From: Phoronis australis
Taxonomy: Eukaryota; Animalia; Phoronida
Reading direction: 5' to 3'
Length of the DNA: 64,000 nt
Assembly: GCA_002633005.1 (NCBI GenBank)
Contig: NMRA01000795.1
Location: forward strand, 77,861 to 141,860
The notes under the pieces: model-generated
Seen by the model: the letters and a program-made list of their open reading frames with translations, nothing else
Told to the model about the DNA's origin: nothing
Databases searched by the model: none
Part shown: positions 1-12,100 of the stretch, piece by piece
Position numbering within the stretch: the first letter of the stretch is position 1
Layout: every line of letters begins with the position of its first letter
Made by a program: the position numbers and the translations under genes

Positions 1-920
1 TCTGGACAAAATAGTGTATCCGCGAATGCATAATTCTGATAACACCTGTGTACGTTCGCAGCAAATTTTCTTCTAGTTATTTAATAGATTTTTCTCTGAC
101 ATTGACGGATGTGTCAGATCAAATATCCAGCAACAAATGGACGTTCTGCATTCATTTATTAAATGTTTTGTCCATTTTTGCAATAAATATTGGACAGCTG
201 TTACAGTGCGTACGTACACAAGAGCATTTGTCATTCCGAGCTTAGCAGAGGACTTCGATGAAGCTAGATTCCGCAGAAGCCATAATACTTGCTTAAATTC
301 TGAATTACCATATAATCTGCACATCAACGGACATCATAACGCAAACTTCAGATGCAAGCGGAAAGACATCGTTAAACTTGAGGAGTGAACAGATGATACT
401 AGTTCCTGTTCAGGCAAGTCAAAGGGAGTGTAAAGTTAAATAATTTGTACACGCCACAGCACCTCACTGAATGTACACTAGTAGTTGGTGACGGAAAAAA
501 ATCCTGTGCCCGCCAACACTATAAATACCCCACGCAATATGGGTGAAGGCTGAGTCGAGACTTCAGATTTACCACACTGAAGCAGTAATGCATGATTGGC
601 AAAAACAGGTCACACCGCAGTGCAGTGGTTTTCTCTATCTATTGTAAACAAACCGCGAAAGAATGGACCTATCAAATTTTTGACAGCCCCAAAAGACCAC
701 CATACTATTTTCAGGTGCTTCAAATGACTTGTAACTATCTGTTTAACAGTCAGATATCAGTTTGAATGTGATAGATGGGCATTGAATGGCAACCTGATTG
801 TGATTTGAACAAATAAAATTTTGGTAACGACTTTGTTAAACAAGTATCAAGGAAGCCAAACACCAAATGTATCAAAACCTGGAACATTGGAAACTAGCTT
901 ACAGTAAAAATTCTTCAATT

Positions 921-3900
921 TGAGACAAAAATAATGGCTACCGCTTTGTCTCTTTCCACATCATTACTGCACGCAAATGCTCAAAATTTCAATAAATGTC
1001 AGTTGGGGGACAGTTATATCAACAAACCATGTTAAAATCACAGCAAAATTTCAAGAACAGTATTTTTGAGAAATTTGACAAGTTCTCTTCTCCGTCATAT
1101 TGAGCCCCAAACTGAAGTATTTTTACTGTAATTATCCAATGGCCATGCAAGACTAGCAGTTACAGCAAAAAACAACATCCGCGCTACTCGATTTGGCAGG
1201 AAATGTCAAAAAAGGATAATTATGAGAACAGCTTCAAGCAACAAATGAAAATTCAGCAGCATACAATACACAAATCCATAAAGCGTATGAAAGCATTAGA
1301 CAGTGCTGTAGAAAAAAACTGACTGTGAAGACAATTATAGTCTTCCAAGAACTGAGATCCATCAGCAGAATTAAGTCGTTTGCTCAGACATTCATTTCTG
1401 TTTTGAAAAATGAGATTTGCAACAGGATTTTCCACAGCACTGTCAACTAGATATTGTCAGGCTTTACGCCACCTGCAGATGACAATAACATCTAGTGCTC
1501 ATCTTCATAGCCGTCAGGAAGTGGGTTTGTATGGGGGTTGTGAAACAGCGTGTGATTGCCGTCTCCCCATGGAAACTTCTGAAACAAAATAGAAACACAC
1601 GGTGATGTTGATCTACGGAATACCATGTGGTCAAGAGGGTGTTCCTAGGTATCAATCTGAATATAGGGGACACTTTGTAACAGCTTAGCTAAGTTATGAA
1701 GAAATTCACAAGTGATTGAAGGTCACATTTGCAGGATATATAAGTTTTTGGATGTTATTTCAGGTATATAGTGATGACGTGTTATCTGCCACTATTACAA
1801 TGCGGATGGGACCATGCATAGCAACGCACAGTCAAATCATATTTTCAACAATTTCGCCGGTCTTGCATTCTTTCCGATTCAAGTAATCATGGGTGCAATT
1901 TAGCACTTGAGTTTTTATAAACTTACATTTGGAATAATCGGTATGCCTCGACAACGGGTTTTGATGTTCTCATCGGAAACAAAAATTGAATCCAGCCATG
2001 GTGGGAAATTATGATTATGATTTTATGAGCGCAAAGAGCGAGATTTAAAATCAACGCAATTCCTTCAGTGTTCTTCACAAACAATTTCAACTCGTCGCTG
2101 CATCGAATTTGAATTTAGCCGAGACGTGCTTGGCTTACTTGCGTCGAGTTTCAAATGTTGGGTGATTAGTAATTACTTAAGAAATTGCACTTTTGGTACC
2201 AGCTCAATGCATTTACAGTCAAGTTTGAATTTTCTTTTGCGGAGAACACTATTCCTTATCATGGAATGCGACAAATAGAATTTTTCCTTCAGAATATATC
2301 TTTCAAAAATTTGTTAAGTAAATTCTTTTAGATACATTATGTAGGCAGTGGTGATCTAGCAAACAAGTAGGAACAAAAAGTTTAATTTACCTTTGTCCTC
2401 CTCCTCAGATGATCATATGCAACAAACTCTGGTCTTTCAGGCTCGGGGTTGCCCATTAAAAAGGCATTGGCGTAACACAGTAATACGCCAGGTACAGCGA
2501 CAAAGATTGAGAGAAGTTTCCACATTTTGGAACCGCCTGCAAATACACTGACATCGTCACAGACACAAACATTCCGCCATTTCGCATAAATACTCATAAG
2601 ACTGAATTCCTAACTCGGAGGTTTCAAATCAGCATCAGAATAATCAAGAAGTAGACATTAAGGCTGTAACCGATCAGTTTTTCCGGACGTCTGTTGCACC
2701 GCAAAGCTTCCGGCTTATGAAGGCACTGTGGGAGTATCACCATCTCTACTGCAAAGTAGAAACGGTGGCACTGTCACCAGGGTACACAGTGACCACTGTC
2801 TCTACTACCACCGCCAGTAGAGGCGTTGGAGCTCCAATAGGTGCTTCATAAGCCGGAAACTTTTCGGCGAATTATACCTCGCACTGACTGAAACGTCAAA
2901 GTCATGTTGTTATAAATACCTTTTGCGCATAGTGGGACACCTTAGGAGGCCGTCAATGTATTCAGTTCCTTCAAAGTCGATCAAATACTCCCGTTACCAA
3001 ACTTTTGCTACGAGAAATCAGTAACCCTACACTTTCACAGTGCGCATGCCAGGGGATAAGACGTCATACAACCTGCTGCGCGCAGTGTTAAAAATGGCGN
3101 GACAAAAATAATGGCTACTGCTTTGTCTATTTCCACATCATTACTGCATGCAAATGCTCAAAATTTCAATAAATGTCGTTTGGGGGACGGTTATATCAAC
3201 AAACCATGTTAAAACCAAAGCAAAATTTCAAGAACAGTATTTTTGAGAAATTTAACAAGTTCTCTTCTCCGTCATATTGAGCCCCAAACTGAAGTATTTT
3301 TACTGTAATTATCCAATGGCCATGCAAGACAAGCAGTTACTGCAAAAACAACATCCGCGCTACTCGATTTGGCAGGAAATGTCAAAAAAAAGATAGTTAT
3401 GAGAACAGCTTCAAGCAGCAAATGAAAATTCAGCAGCATACAATACACAAATCCATAAAGCGTATGAAAGCATTAGACAGTGCTGTAGAAAAAAAACTGA
3501 CTGTGAAGACAATTATAGTCTTCCAAGAACTGAGATCCATCAGCAGAATTAAGTCGTTTGCTCCGACATTCATTTCTGTTTTGAAAAATGAGATTTGCAA
3601 CAGGATTTTCCACAGCACTGTCAACTAGATATTGTCAGGCTTTACGCCACCTGCAGATGACAATAACATCTAGTGCTCATCTTCATAGCCGTCAGGAAGT
3701 GGGTTTGTATGGGGGTTGTGAAACAGCGTGTGATTGCCGTCTCCCCATGGAAACTTCTGAAACAAAATGGAAACACGTGGTGATGTTGATCTATGGAATA
3801 CCATGTGGTCAAGGGGGTGTTCCTATGTATCAATCTGAATATAGGGGACACTTTGTAACAGCTTAGCTAAGCTATGAAGAAATTTACAAGTGATTGAAGG

Positions 3901-5470
3901 TCACATTTGCAGGATATCTAAGTTTTTGGATGTTATTTCAGGTATATAGTGATGACATGTTATCTGCCACTATTACGACGTGGATGGGACCATGCATAGC
4001 AATGAACAGACAAATCACATTTTCAACAATTTCGCCGGTCTTGCATTCTTTCCGATTCAAGTAATCATGGGTGCAATTTAGCACTTGAATTTTTATAAAC
4101 TTACGTTTGGATTAATTGGTATGCCTCAACTGTTACAATGGTTGCACCCATTATATACTCCTGGGCAGTTGAGAAGAATTAAGCCAGGTAATAATTTTCG
4201 AAGTGATTAGCAACTTACAGCACTACATAAGTCACAATAATTAATATTTCTTCTCTTAATTTTCAAATTCACAATTAAGGTTAGCCGACCCCCAATAAAT
4301 TCTGAAGCATCTTTTTGAGTCGTTGATGGTATTAATGTTCTCATCGGAACCAAAAATTGAATCCAGTCATGGTGGGAAATTACGAGACTGATTTTATGAG
4401 CGCAAAGAGCGAGATTTACAATCAACGCAGTTCCTTCAGTGTTCTCCACAAACTATTTCAACTCGTCGCTGTGTTAAATTTGAATTTAGCCGTGACGTGT
4501 TTGGCTTTCTTGCGTCGAGTTTCAAATGTTGGGAGATTAGTAATTACTTAAGAAATTGCACTTTTGGTACCAGCTCAATGCATTTACAGTCAAGTTTGAA
4601 TTTTCTTTTGCGGAGAACACTATTCCTTATCATGGAATGCAACAAAAAGAATTTTTCCTTCGAAATACACCTTTCAAAAATTCTTTAAGAAAATTCTTTT
4701 AGATGCATCATGTAGGCTGTGGTGAGAGCAAACAAGTAGGAACAAAAAGTTTAATCACCTTTGTCCTCCTCCTCAGATGGTCATATGCAACAAACTCTGG
4801 TCTTTCAGGCTCGGGGTTGCCCATTAAAAAGGCATTGGCGTAACACAGTGCCACGCCAGGTACAGCGACAAAGATTGAGAGAAGTTTCCACATTTTGGAA
4901 CCGCCTGCAAATACAAAGACATCGTCACAGACACAAACATTCCGCCATTTCGCATAAATACTCATAAGATTGAATTCCTAACTCGGAGGTTTCAAATCAG
5001 CATCAGAATAATCAAGAAGTAGACATTAAGGCTGTAACCGATCAGTTTTTCCGGACGTCTGTAGCACCGCAAAACTTCCGGCTTATGAAGGCACTGTGGG
5101 AGTATCACCATCTCTACTGCAAAGTAGAAACGGTGGCACTGTCTACCACCAGGGTACACAGTGACCACCGTCTCTACTACCACCGCCAGTAGAGACGTTG
5201 GAGCTCCAATAGGTGCTTCATAAGCCGGAAACTTTTCGGCGAATTATACCTCGCACTGACTGAAACGTCAAAGTCATGTTGTTATAAATACCTTTTGCGC
5301 ATAGTGGGACACCTTAGGAGGCCGTCAATGTATTCAGTTCCTTCAAAGTCGATCAAATACTCCCGTTACCAAACTTTTGCTACGAGAAATCAGTAACCCT
5401 ACACTTTCACAGTGCGCATGCCAGGGGATAAGACGTCATACAACCTGCTGCGCGCAGTGTTAAAAATGGC
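921..5470. repeat. Tandem duplicated block (921-3099 vs 3101-5470) joined by a single N; likely uncollapsed haplotypes
   Basis: Near-identical sequence on both sides of N3100, with scattered SNPs and a ~200-bp indel (about 4130-4330 present only in copy 2). Confidence 0.85.
2391..2536 (-). CDS. COX6A: Second copy of COX6A exon 2 (probable allelic assembly duplicate)
   Basis: 146-bp exon with intact AG/GT sites. Reads GVLLCYAN versus GVALCYAN in the other copy. Lies in block 921-3099, which is repeated at 3101-5470 across the N at 3100. Confidence 0.75.
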
Positions 5471-7831
5471 GAGTTACAGATTTTGGGAACTGAACAAGGG
5501 ACTGCTCAAAGAAAAGGTTCGATAATGTGAGTATTTGGTCGAGTTGGAAGGAATTAAGTACATTGATGGCCTCCTAAAGTGTCCCTCTATGCGAAAACGT
5601 TATTTATAACAACGTGACTTTGATGTTTTAATCAGAGCGAGGCATAATTCGCCGAAAAGCTTCCTGCGTATGAAGCGCCTACAGCCTACTTCTTCTTGTT
5701 GGTTTAAGTGACCACACTCTCTCCAGAGTATTATGTCACTGTATAACAGTGAAGTCTGAAGATCAACAAAAACGAGAACAAGTATACAGGTTTAAAAGGA
5801 AATATATTATAGTAGTGGACGTCACTTCAGAGCAGGCCTTTATGCAGCGTACATCCATTTGGACGCCCTAGCACTAATGTGGACACCCTGGCAAGGACGC
5901 CAATGTATCATTTGGATGCCCACTGTCAATAGGAACCTTTCAAGTTTGGACACACACATTGTAATGAATACTAGGAAGCCTTTGAAGGCTCATAGTGGGG
6001 GCTTTTTTTTCAAAGCAGGAAGAAATATAAAATATACAAAGTATATACAATGTTGCTATGCTCACACTTGGTTGATAGCATTGTAAAAGTCTTGGTCTAC
6101 ATTTTTTTAGTAAAAATGCTCACTACAGTAGTACCGTCAGAGGTCCTAAAGTCGTAAGTGTCCTAAAGTCGTGAACAATCTTATTTCCTCTTCTGCGCGG
6201 TCCTGCGACATTTGGTGTTGAAGTTTCTAGCGTTCGTCTGCTTACGAACATCAAACGAATACCCGGACGTGTTCGTATTCACAATATGATAACAAACAGT
6301 GAGTGAGTGGCTAATTTTTTCAAATGTATCTTAAAAACAGCATATTTCACTAATTCACTTTTTTGTGCGTTTTTGGGATATATTTTCGAAAATATTCATC
6401 GTTTAGATTTACTCAAACACGTGCTCCAGGGGTAGCTTGAACAATGTATCAAAATGTCCCAGGGTCGATCAAGTTTTGTAAGGCCAAAACAATAAAATAC
6501 AGAGCAATAATTGATGCTGGGTTCTTAGCGTTTTACGTGTACAACCTCATTGAAAACGTCTTTGCACATCAAAGTTGGGTGCAAAACATATAACAATTTA
6601 TTTCAATTGAAACTGAATTAATAAACAATGCAATGCAATGCATTTTTATGTCATCTAGAGTAACTGTAAGCACTGTAGTTGACTTGTGTGGTCATACTTC
6701 GTGCATTTCTGTCTAAACGAAACGTTCACGACTTTAGGGCCTCATTCAAAATGGCCGGCGATATCAGCGACTGTTTTAAAACTCTGCTTACGGATACAAA
6801 CAAGGATTAAGATTGTCAAAACATGTATATTTGTGAAGGCTGATATATGTCCATGACACCACATGAGCAGTTGTAAACGGACATTGGGTAGTATGACAAT
6901 CAACTGCTTATTAAGCTTATATTCACAACTTTAGGTCACCGGTGTATACAGAAGGCTGCTTTGTAAACTTAGATGTGTAGTAAATGTCGACGTCAGTCTC
7001 GGCTGTGGCGTCTCTATGTTGTGATGTCCTTTTGTTAACAATGTTGGTCTTGGCCTGGTGCGACATCTAACGCCAGAAGAGCCCAGCCGAGGTCACCCTT
7101 CTATCACGTGACCAGTCACCCTTCAAGACCACGTGACAAGATCGTCTGGGCCTTCTGGAGTTCGCTGCCGTCCTGCACGGACATAATGTGAGTATACTCC
7201 GGACTTTTCTCTTGCACCGCGTTAATAGGCCCGAACCTGTGTGTCTGCTTAGCCAGCCGACCCACCTCTTTTTATTACAACAGATGTAAAAGCCTTGGTG
7301 TATGCATTTTTTGCAAAAAAAAATCTGTGTTTTGGGGGATGTTGCTGGGGGTGGGGGTTACGTGTGGGAATCATGGACGTCCTGGAATATTGGGAACCCC
7401 ATTTTGGACATCCTATTTTCGAAATCCTGGACAAAGCCAAGGCCTGCTTCAGAGGTCGGTTAACATAGCCAGATCATTAACATGGTGGGGTGCCCCAAAT
7501 GGAGGCAGCCCACTATGTTACTTCAGACAGGCAGATAGCTTGGTGAAAAAGACATCGAGAGAAGGAGCTCCACCGTCTGGCGTCTCCGTCACACTCAGTC
7601 ACAGTTCAGCCTCCGCTCAGCCCAACCAGCCTGGGCCCCAGGTCACGTACGTCTAGATTGTGAAATTATATCCAACTATCTAAACAATTAAATAACAATC
7701 AACACAAATATTGTACCAGCATGTTCGCCAGCAGCAGCAGAAGGCCCGTGAGCCATGCCTCGTCCTGCTACTACGTCTCTCGAGGCAATTGTGAGGCGGC
7801 GGAGAGGACCCGAAAGTAATCTGGACGCCAT
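4759..7831 (-). CDS. COX6A: Cytochrome c oxidase subunit 6A, mitochondrial (exons 1-2; 3' exon(s) outside the window to the left)
   Basis: Exon 1 7831-7717 encodes the presequence MASRLLSGPLRRLTIASRDVVAGRGMAHGPSAAAGEHA(G) and ends at donor gtacaa. Exon 2 4904-4759 encodes GSKMWKLLSIFVAVPGVALCYANAFLMGNPEPERPEFVAYDHLRRRTK, matching the COX6A signature (W+xLS..VAxPGV TM helix, ERPEFVxYxHLRxRTK). Phases are compatible. Confidence 0.93.
5160..5682. mobile_element. Foldback/MITE-like element with long inverted arms
   Basis: Left arm ~5210-5375 (taggtgcttcataagccggaaacttttcggcgaattatacctcgc...) is the imperfect reverse complement of ~5515-5682 (...gcgaggcataattcgccgaaaagcttcctgcgtatgaagcgccta). A related partial copy is at ~33819-34232. 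Confidence 0.7.
6132..6946. mobile_element. Non-autonomous DNA transposon remnant
   Basis: Repeated subterminal motif cctaaagtcgt at the left end; inverted copies acgactttagg (~6729) and acaactttaggtcaccggtgta at the right end. Confidence 0.45.
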
Positions 7832-8185
7832 TTTCTTTCTAAAGTTCCCGGATACGGAGTTATAAACGGATACGAGATACTTTTTATCAAAATGCAGTTT
7901 CGTGTTATTTGAATTTTCTTCATTCATAACAATTTTGTGCTGAAAATGTACAGATATTTTTATGATGATAATTATTTTAATCGACTTGGAAATTGGTTCA
8001 TTCTGGTGTAGAATGTATAAATCTTAAATACGAAGCTGTTTCTCATATAACGTCTTTACCAAAACTTGACCTACTTCTTTCACCTTCATTGCTGCAAGAC
8101 AGAGATCGAGAGAAGATTTTGACTTTTGACTTGGCAATGGCAGATTTTAAGGTCGCCGTGACTGTGTCACATTTCACTTAATCAA
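7832..8185. promoter_or_regulatory. Probable bidirectional promoter between COX6A and the clathrin-propeller gene
   Basis: Divergent start codons at 7831 (minus) and 8186 (plus) are only ~355 bp apart. Confidence 0.6.
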
Positions 8186-8245
8186 ATGGCTTTTCATATA
8201 ACCGAAGCAAATAATGATCTGGTTCACATCAGTGAGTTAATACAG
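8186..8245 (+). CDS. Duplicate copy of exon 1 of the clathrin terminal-domain gene (allelic overlap across N9067)
   Basis: MAFHITEANNDLVHISELIQ followed by donor gtaaac; identical to 9181-9240. Block ~8075-9066 is repeated at 9068-9683. Confidence 0.7.
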
Positions 8246-8316
8246 GTAAACCTGATGATTATAGTTTTGTAGCTTTGAGTTGTGGCAGTTTTGTCAACCC
8301 ATCTTAGCTAGACCTG

Positions 8317-8710
8317 GGCCCGGTCTCTAATCTTTGTACTCGAAACGAACTCGAAACTATTTTTGGCAATTTCTCTGCTCCTTTTGTGCGAACGTAAGAT
8401 ATTCAGACTGTGCTCGAATACATTATAGTTTATGCATAGGAGTTTCTAGTTCAAGTTTGCCCTTGAAGACCCTTATTTTCGTGCTACAAACTCGAGTAAA
8501 AACTCGAAATTTCAAGTTCAAACTCGAACTTATTGCTTTAATATTGGGTTTACAAACTGTGAACGAAAGGCAATAAATTATCTACGTAAGTTATTGTGTA
8601 CTCGAGCATAGAATAACAGACACTTATCTTGAGTTCGCCCAAAAGTAGAGTAGAAAATGCCAAACCTAATTTCGAGTTCCATTTCGAGTAAAAAGATTGG
8701 AGACCGGGCC
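8317..8710. mobile_element. PIF/Harbinger-type MITE, 394 bp, CTG target-site duplication
   Basis: TIRs ggcccggtctctaatcttt / aaagattggagaccgggcc, flanked by ctg on both sides. The duplicate block shows the empty site gctagac-ctg-gtcggtcgg at ~9311-9329. Confidence 0.85.
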
Positions 8711-9180
8711 CTGGTCGGTCGGTCAGTGTCAGTGAGTCGCAACTTGTGGCAGTGCCAACTTACATCCATTGAATCATTGATTCCTTGGTATGGCAAATGG
8801 ATTATTGGGTGACAAAATGACTGGGCAGTGGAGTGCTCTGTGATGTTCAAACACTTTACTAGGAAATGGTAATAGTGTGCCTGAACTTGGAATCCTGCTT
8901 AGTTAAAGATAATCTCGGAAGTGAGTCACTGAGTGTTGCTTGAACTTGGAATTGAATATTCTTTTGAGCAAAAAGATAAAATTTTTGTTCAGTGAAAAGA
9001 ATTTTTGTAATTATTGGCCTCGCGACATTTTTCCTTTACCGTAACTAATGTGTCGCTTAACCGGAGNCTTCTTTCACCTTCATTGCTGCAAGACAGAGAT
9101 ATGAGAGAAGATTTTGACTTTTGACTTGGCAATGGCAGATTTTAAGGTCGCCGTGACTGTGTCACATTTCACTTAATCAA

Positions 9181-12100
9181 ATGGCTTTTCATATAACCGA
9201 AGCAAATAATGATCTGGTTCACATCAGTGAGTTAATACAGGTAAACCTGATGCTTATAGTTTTGTAGCTTTGAGTTGTGGCAGTTTTGTCAACCCAATTT
9301 TCCCATCTTAGCTAGACCTGGTCGGTCGGTCAGTGTCAGTGAGTCGCAACTTGTGGCAGTGCCAACTTGCATCCATTGAATCATTGATGGCTTCTGATTC
9401 CTTGGTATGGCAAATGGATTGTTGGGTGACAAAATGACTGGGCAGTGGAGTGCTCTGTGATGTTCAAACACTTTACTAGGAAATGGTAATAGTGTGCCTG
9501 AACTTGGAATCCTGCTTAGTTAAAGATAATCTCGGAAGTGAGTCACTGAGTGTTGCTTGAACTTGGAATTGAATATTCTTTTGAGCAAAAAGATAAAATT
9601 TTTGTTCAGTGAAAAGAATTTTTGTAATTATTGGCCTCGCGACATTTTTCCTTTACCGTAACTAATGTGTCGCTTAACCGGAGGAATATGTGAATGGCTA
9701 AATCGATTATTGTTGGTGAAACTGATCGCCTATAGTATAGTTGAAGAAGTTGGTTAAAATTAACATTATTTTATTCAAATGTAACTTGATTTAGTGCAGT
9801 GAAAATTTTTATGAACATGAACGCAATTATTTGAGTGAACTTGTCAAGTTGCTTGCGTATTTCAAGTTCACACAACACTTTTTTCCGTTTAATCTTGAGA
9901 TTAAGCAGGATTCCAAGTTCATGTACAGCAGTAATCGGGCAATTTTGGAAATGTTAGTAATCTGTTCACATTAGACAGGTGACCCTAATCATTAATTGCA
10001 TTTTTAACATCCTTCCTTCCAATCATCACTCTTCACAGTCACTCGGCATTGTTTTCAAACAATTGAGTTCCAAGTTGCAACAGTAGTAGATGTTCTTTCG
10101 GTGAATCATATGAGCCTCTGTTAGCTACTTGCTAACGGGCAATTGCCTATTAGCCGAATGGTTAGCACGCTCGCCGGTTTCATCGGGGTCACTGGTTTAA
10201 AAGCCATGTTGGGTAATCTTGGCTATTACTACATAACTTACATCTGCCAAGAAATTTTTTTCTGATCATGAATAGTAAATCTTGTTCAATAATGACAAAA
10301 GGCTTTTTATTACAATTGCTCGACTGATTCACGACTTTGTCCGTAATTTGTCTCAGTGACTAATTCCAATGTGCCATTTTAAAGCAATTTACTCGAAACA
10401 TCTGCAACTGTCAAAGGTGCGTCTTGAAGAGATCGAGTAATTAACATCAATGATGTTGCGTTGTTTTTAATCAATTTAGTACTCATGTCTGCGACTGCAC
10501 ATCTTTCTGTAGGTGTTTGAATTGCATTAATAATGTGAAAGAAATGGACAAAAATTGATTTTGTTTAGTATATACTGCCCATACAACGGGTTGTAGTCGT
10601 TCGATGTCTGCAGTCTTGATACATGTTAATTAATTAAAACTGATTGCGTAAATAAGGATTATTCTTTGTATTTTTAAATGAGTTTTTACTGGAGACGTTT
10701 TTACTGCCTGCGGTCTTACCTAGTTAGTCCCTGATTTTTGGAATTTTTTAAGATTTGATCACAAGCCTTGTACTCAAAGTTGCTTTTTCCCCCACTTAGT
10801 AGACAAAAAAGAAAAAAAATTTATACATTTATTGAAAATGAGAACATCACAAAAAGACAAGAACGCCAAATACACGCATACCCAGCACCTTGACTACTAA
10901 GAAAAACAGTTTCAAAGTTACACCATCTTTTTGTATACAATTCTGAATTCAAATCCTTTCGATCACTATACTTTTCACTTATATCATATTTTTGATAAAG
11001 TTAATAAATCTACTTAGAAGTAATCTTTTCGATACGAACTTTTAGGTATAAATAAACTGTTTACCCAATAATAAAACAATGTTTTTAAAATTTCCCTTTT
11101 TATCAAAAAAGCCAAAAATAACATTGCTGCAGGAGAGAGTGCTGACACACTGAGGATTTGCTTTGTTTAAAATTTGGTTATTATCTTTTGTCCAAAATGA
11201 ATTTATTGTTTCACATTCCCAAAATAAGTGTTTCAAAGTCTCTTTCGATTGTCCAAAGAAGGAATAAGAGTCGTCATCCGTAACTGTCACAAAGTTGGTC
11301 TCATGATGTTCCGTATTGTAGCAGGATCTTATTTCTCCTACCAACTCCAGTCACAGGCAATGCGTGCGTGCATCATTTTCAAATTCGCAATTTTAGGGTT
11401 GGCTATCCTCAATAAACTTTGAAACGTTTCATTGAGTTTCTGGTGGTCTCAATATTGTTGTTGGTTAGGAAAATAGCTAGTTTTGTTGTGGTGAAGAACA
11501 TTTTGAGACTGATTTTATGAGAGTAAAAGGTCCTAATTCAAATTTCGGCTTTAACCAGCTTAACTGGCTGCTTTAAGGATCTGTAGATTTTCATGAAATT
11601 TATCATCAGTAATTGAGGTCCTTGATGTGCTCGCGAATAATTATTCCACTCAGCTATGAACAATAAAATACTAACTGGATGACTTTATTCTTCTGACAGA
11701 GTAAAAAGAATGTGTGGCTTTTGATTTACTAGATGGCAATAGTAAAATGTTCACGGTTTGGAATTTTCCTCGTTTTTGGTTTCAATTTCCTCTTGGTTTC
11801 ACTTTGATCTTATTTGATTTCCAGTTTCCTATTTTTCCACCTCTTTTTATCATTACTTTGCTTTATTTATGCGAAACGTTTGTTTCACTTGAATTTTACA
11901 ATACAACACAAGCTTATTTATTTGTAGAACGATGCAATAACATCACGGGGAAAGTTGTCCTCCTTTTTTGTCACTGGTCATTCCAAGCCCTGAATGTTCT
12001 TACCTAACAGAAACATACACGCATTCAAGTTTTCAGCAGATACACCAACACAGCTACAACTATTTACCTGATAACGTTTTGTCATAAATAAGTAAATTAT

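Noticed and set aside
48-1673. Short ORFs at the window start
   Set aside because: No recognisable homology or splice-consistent structure; they lie within a COX6A intron.
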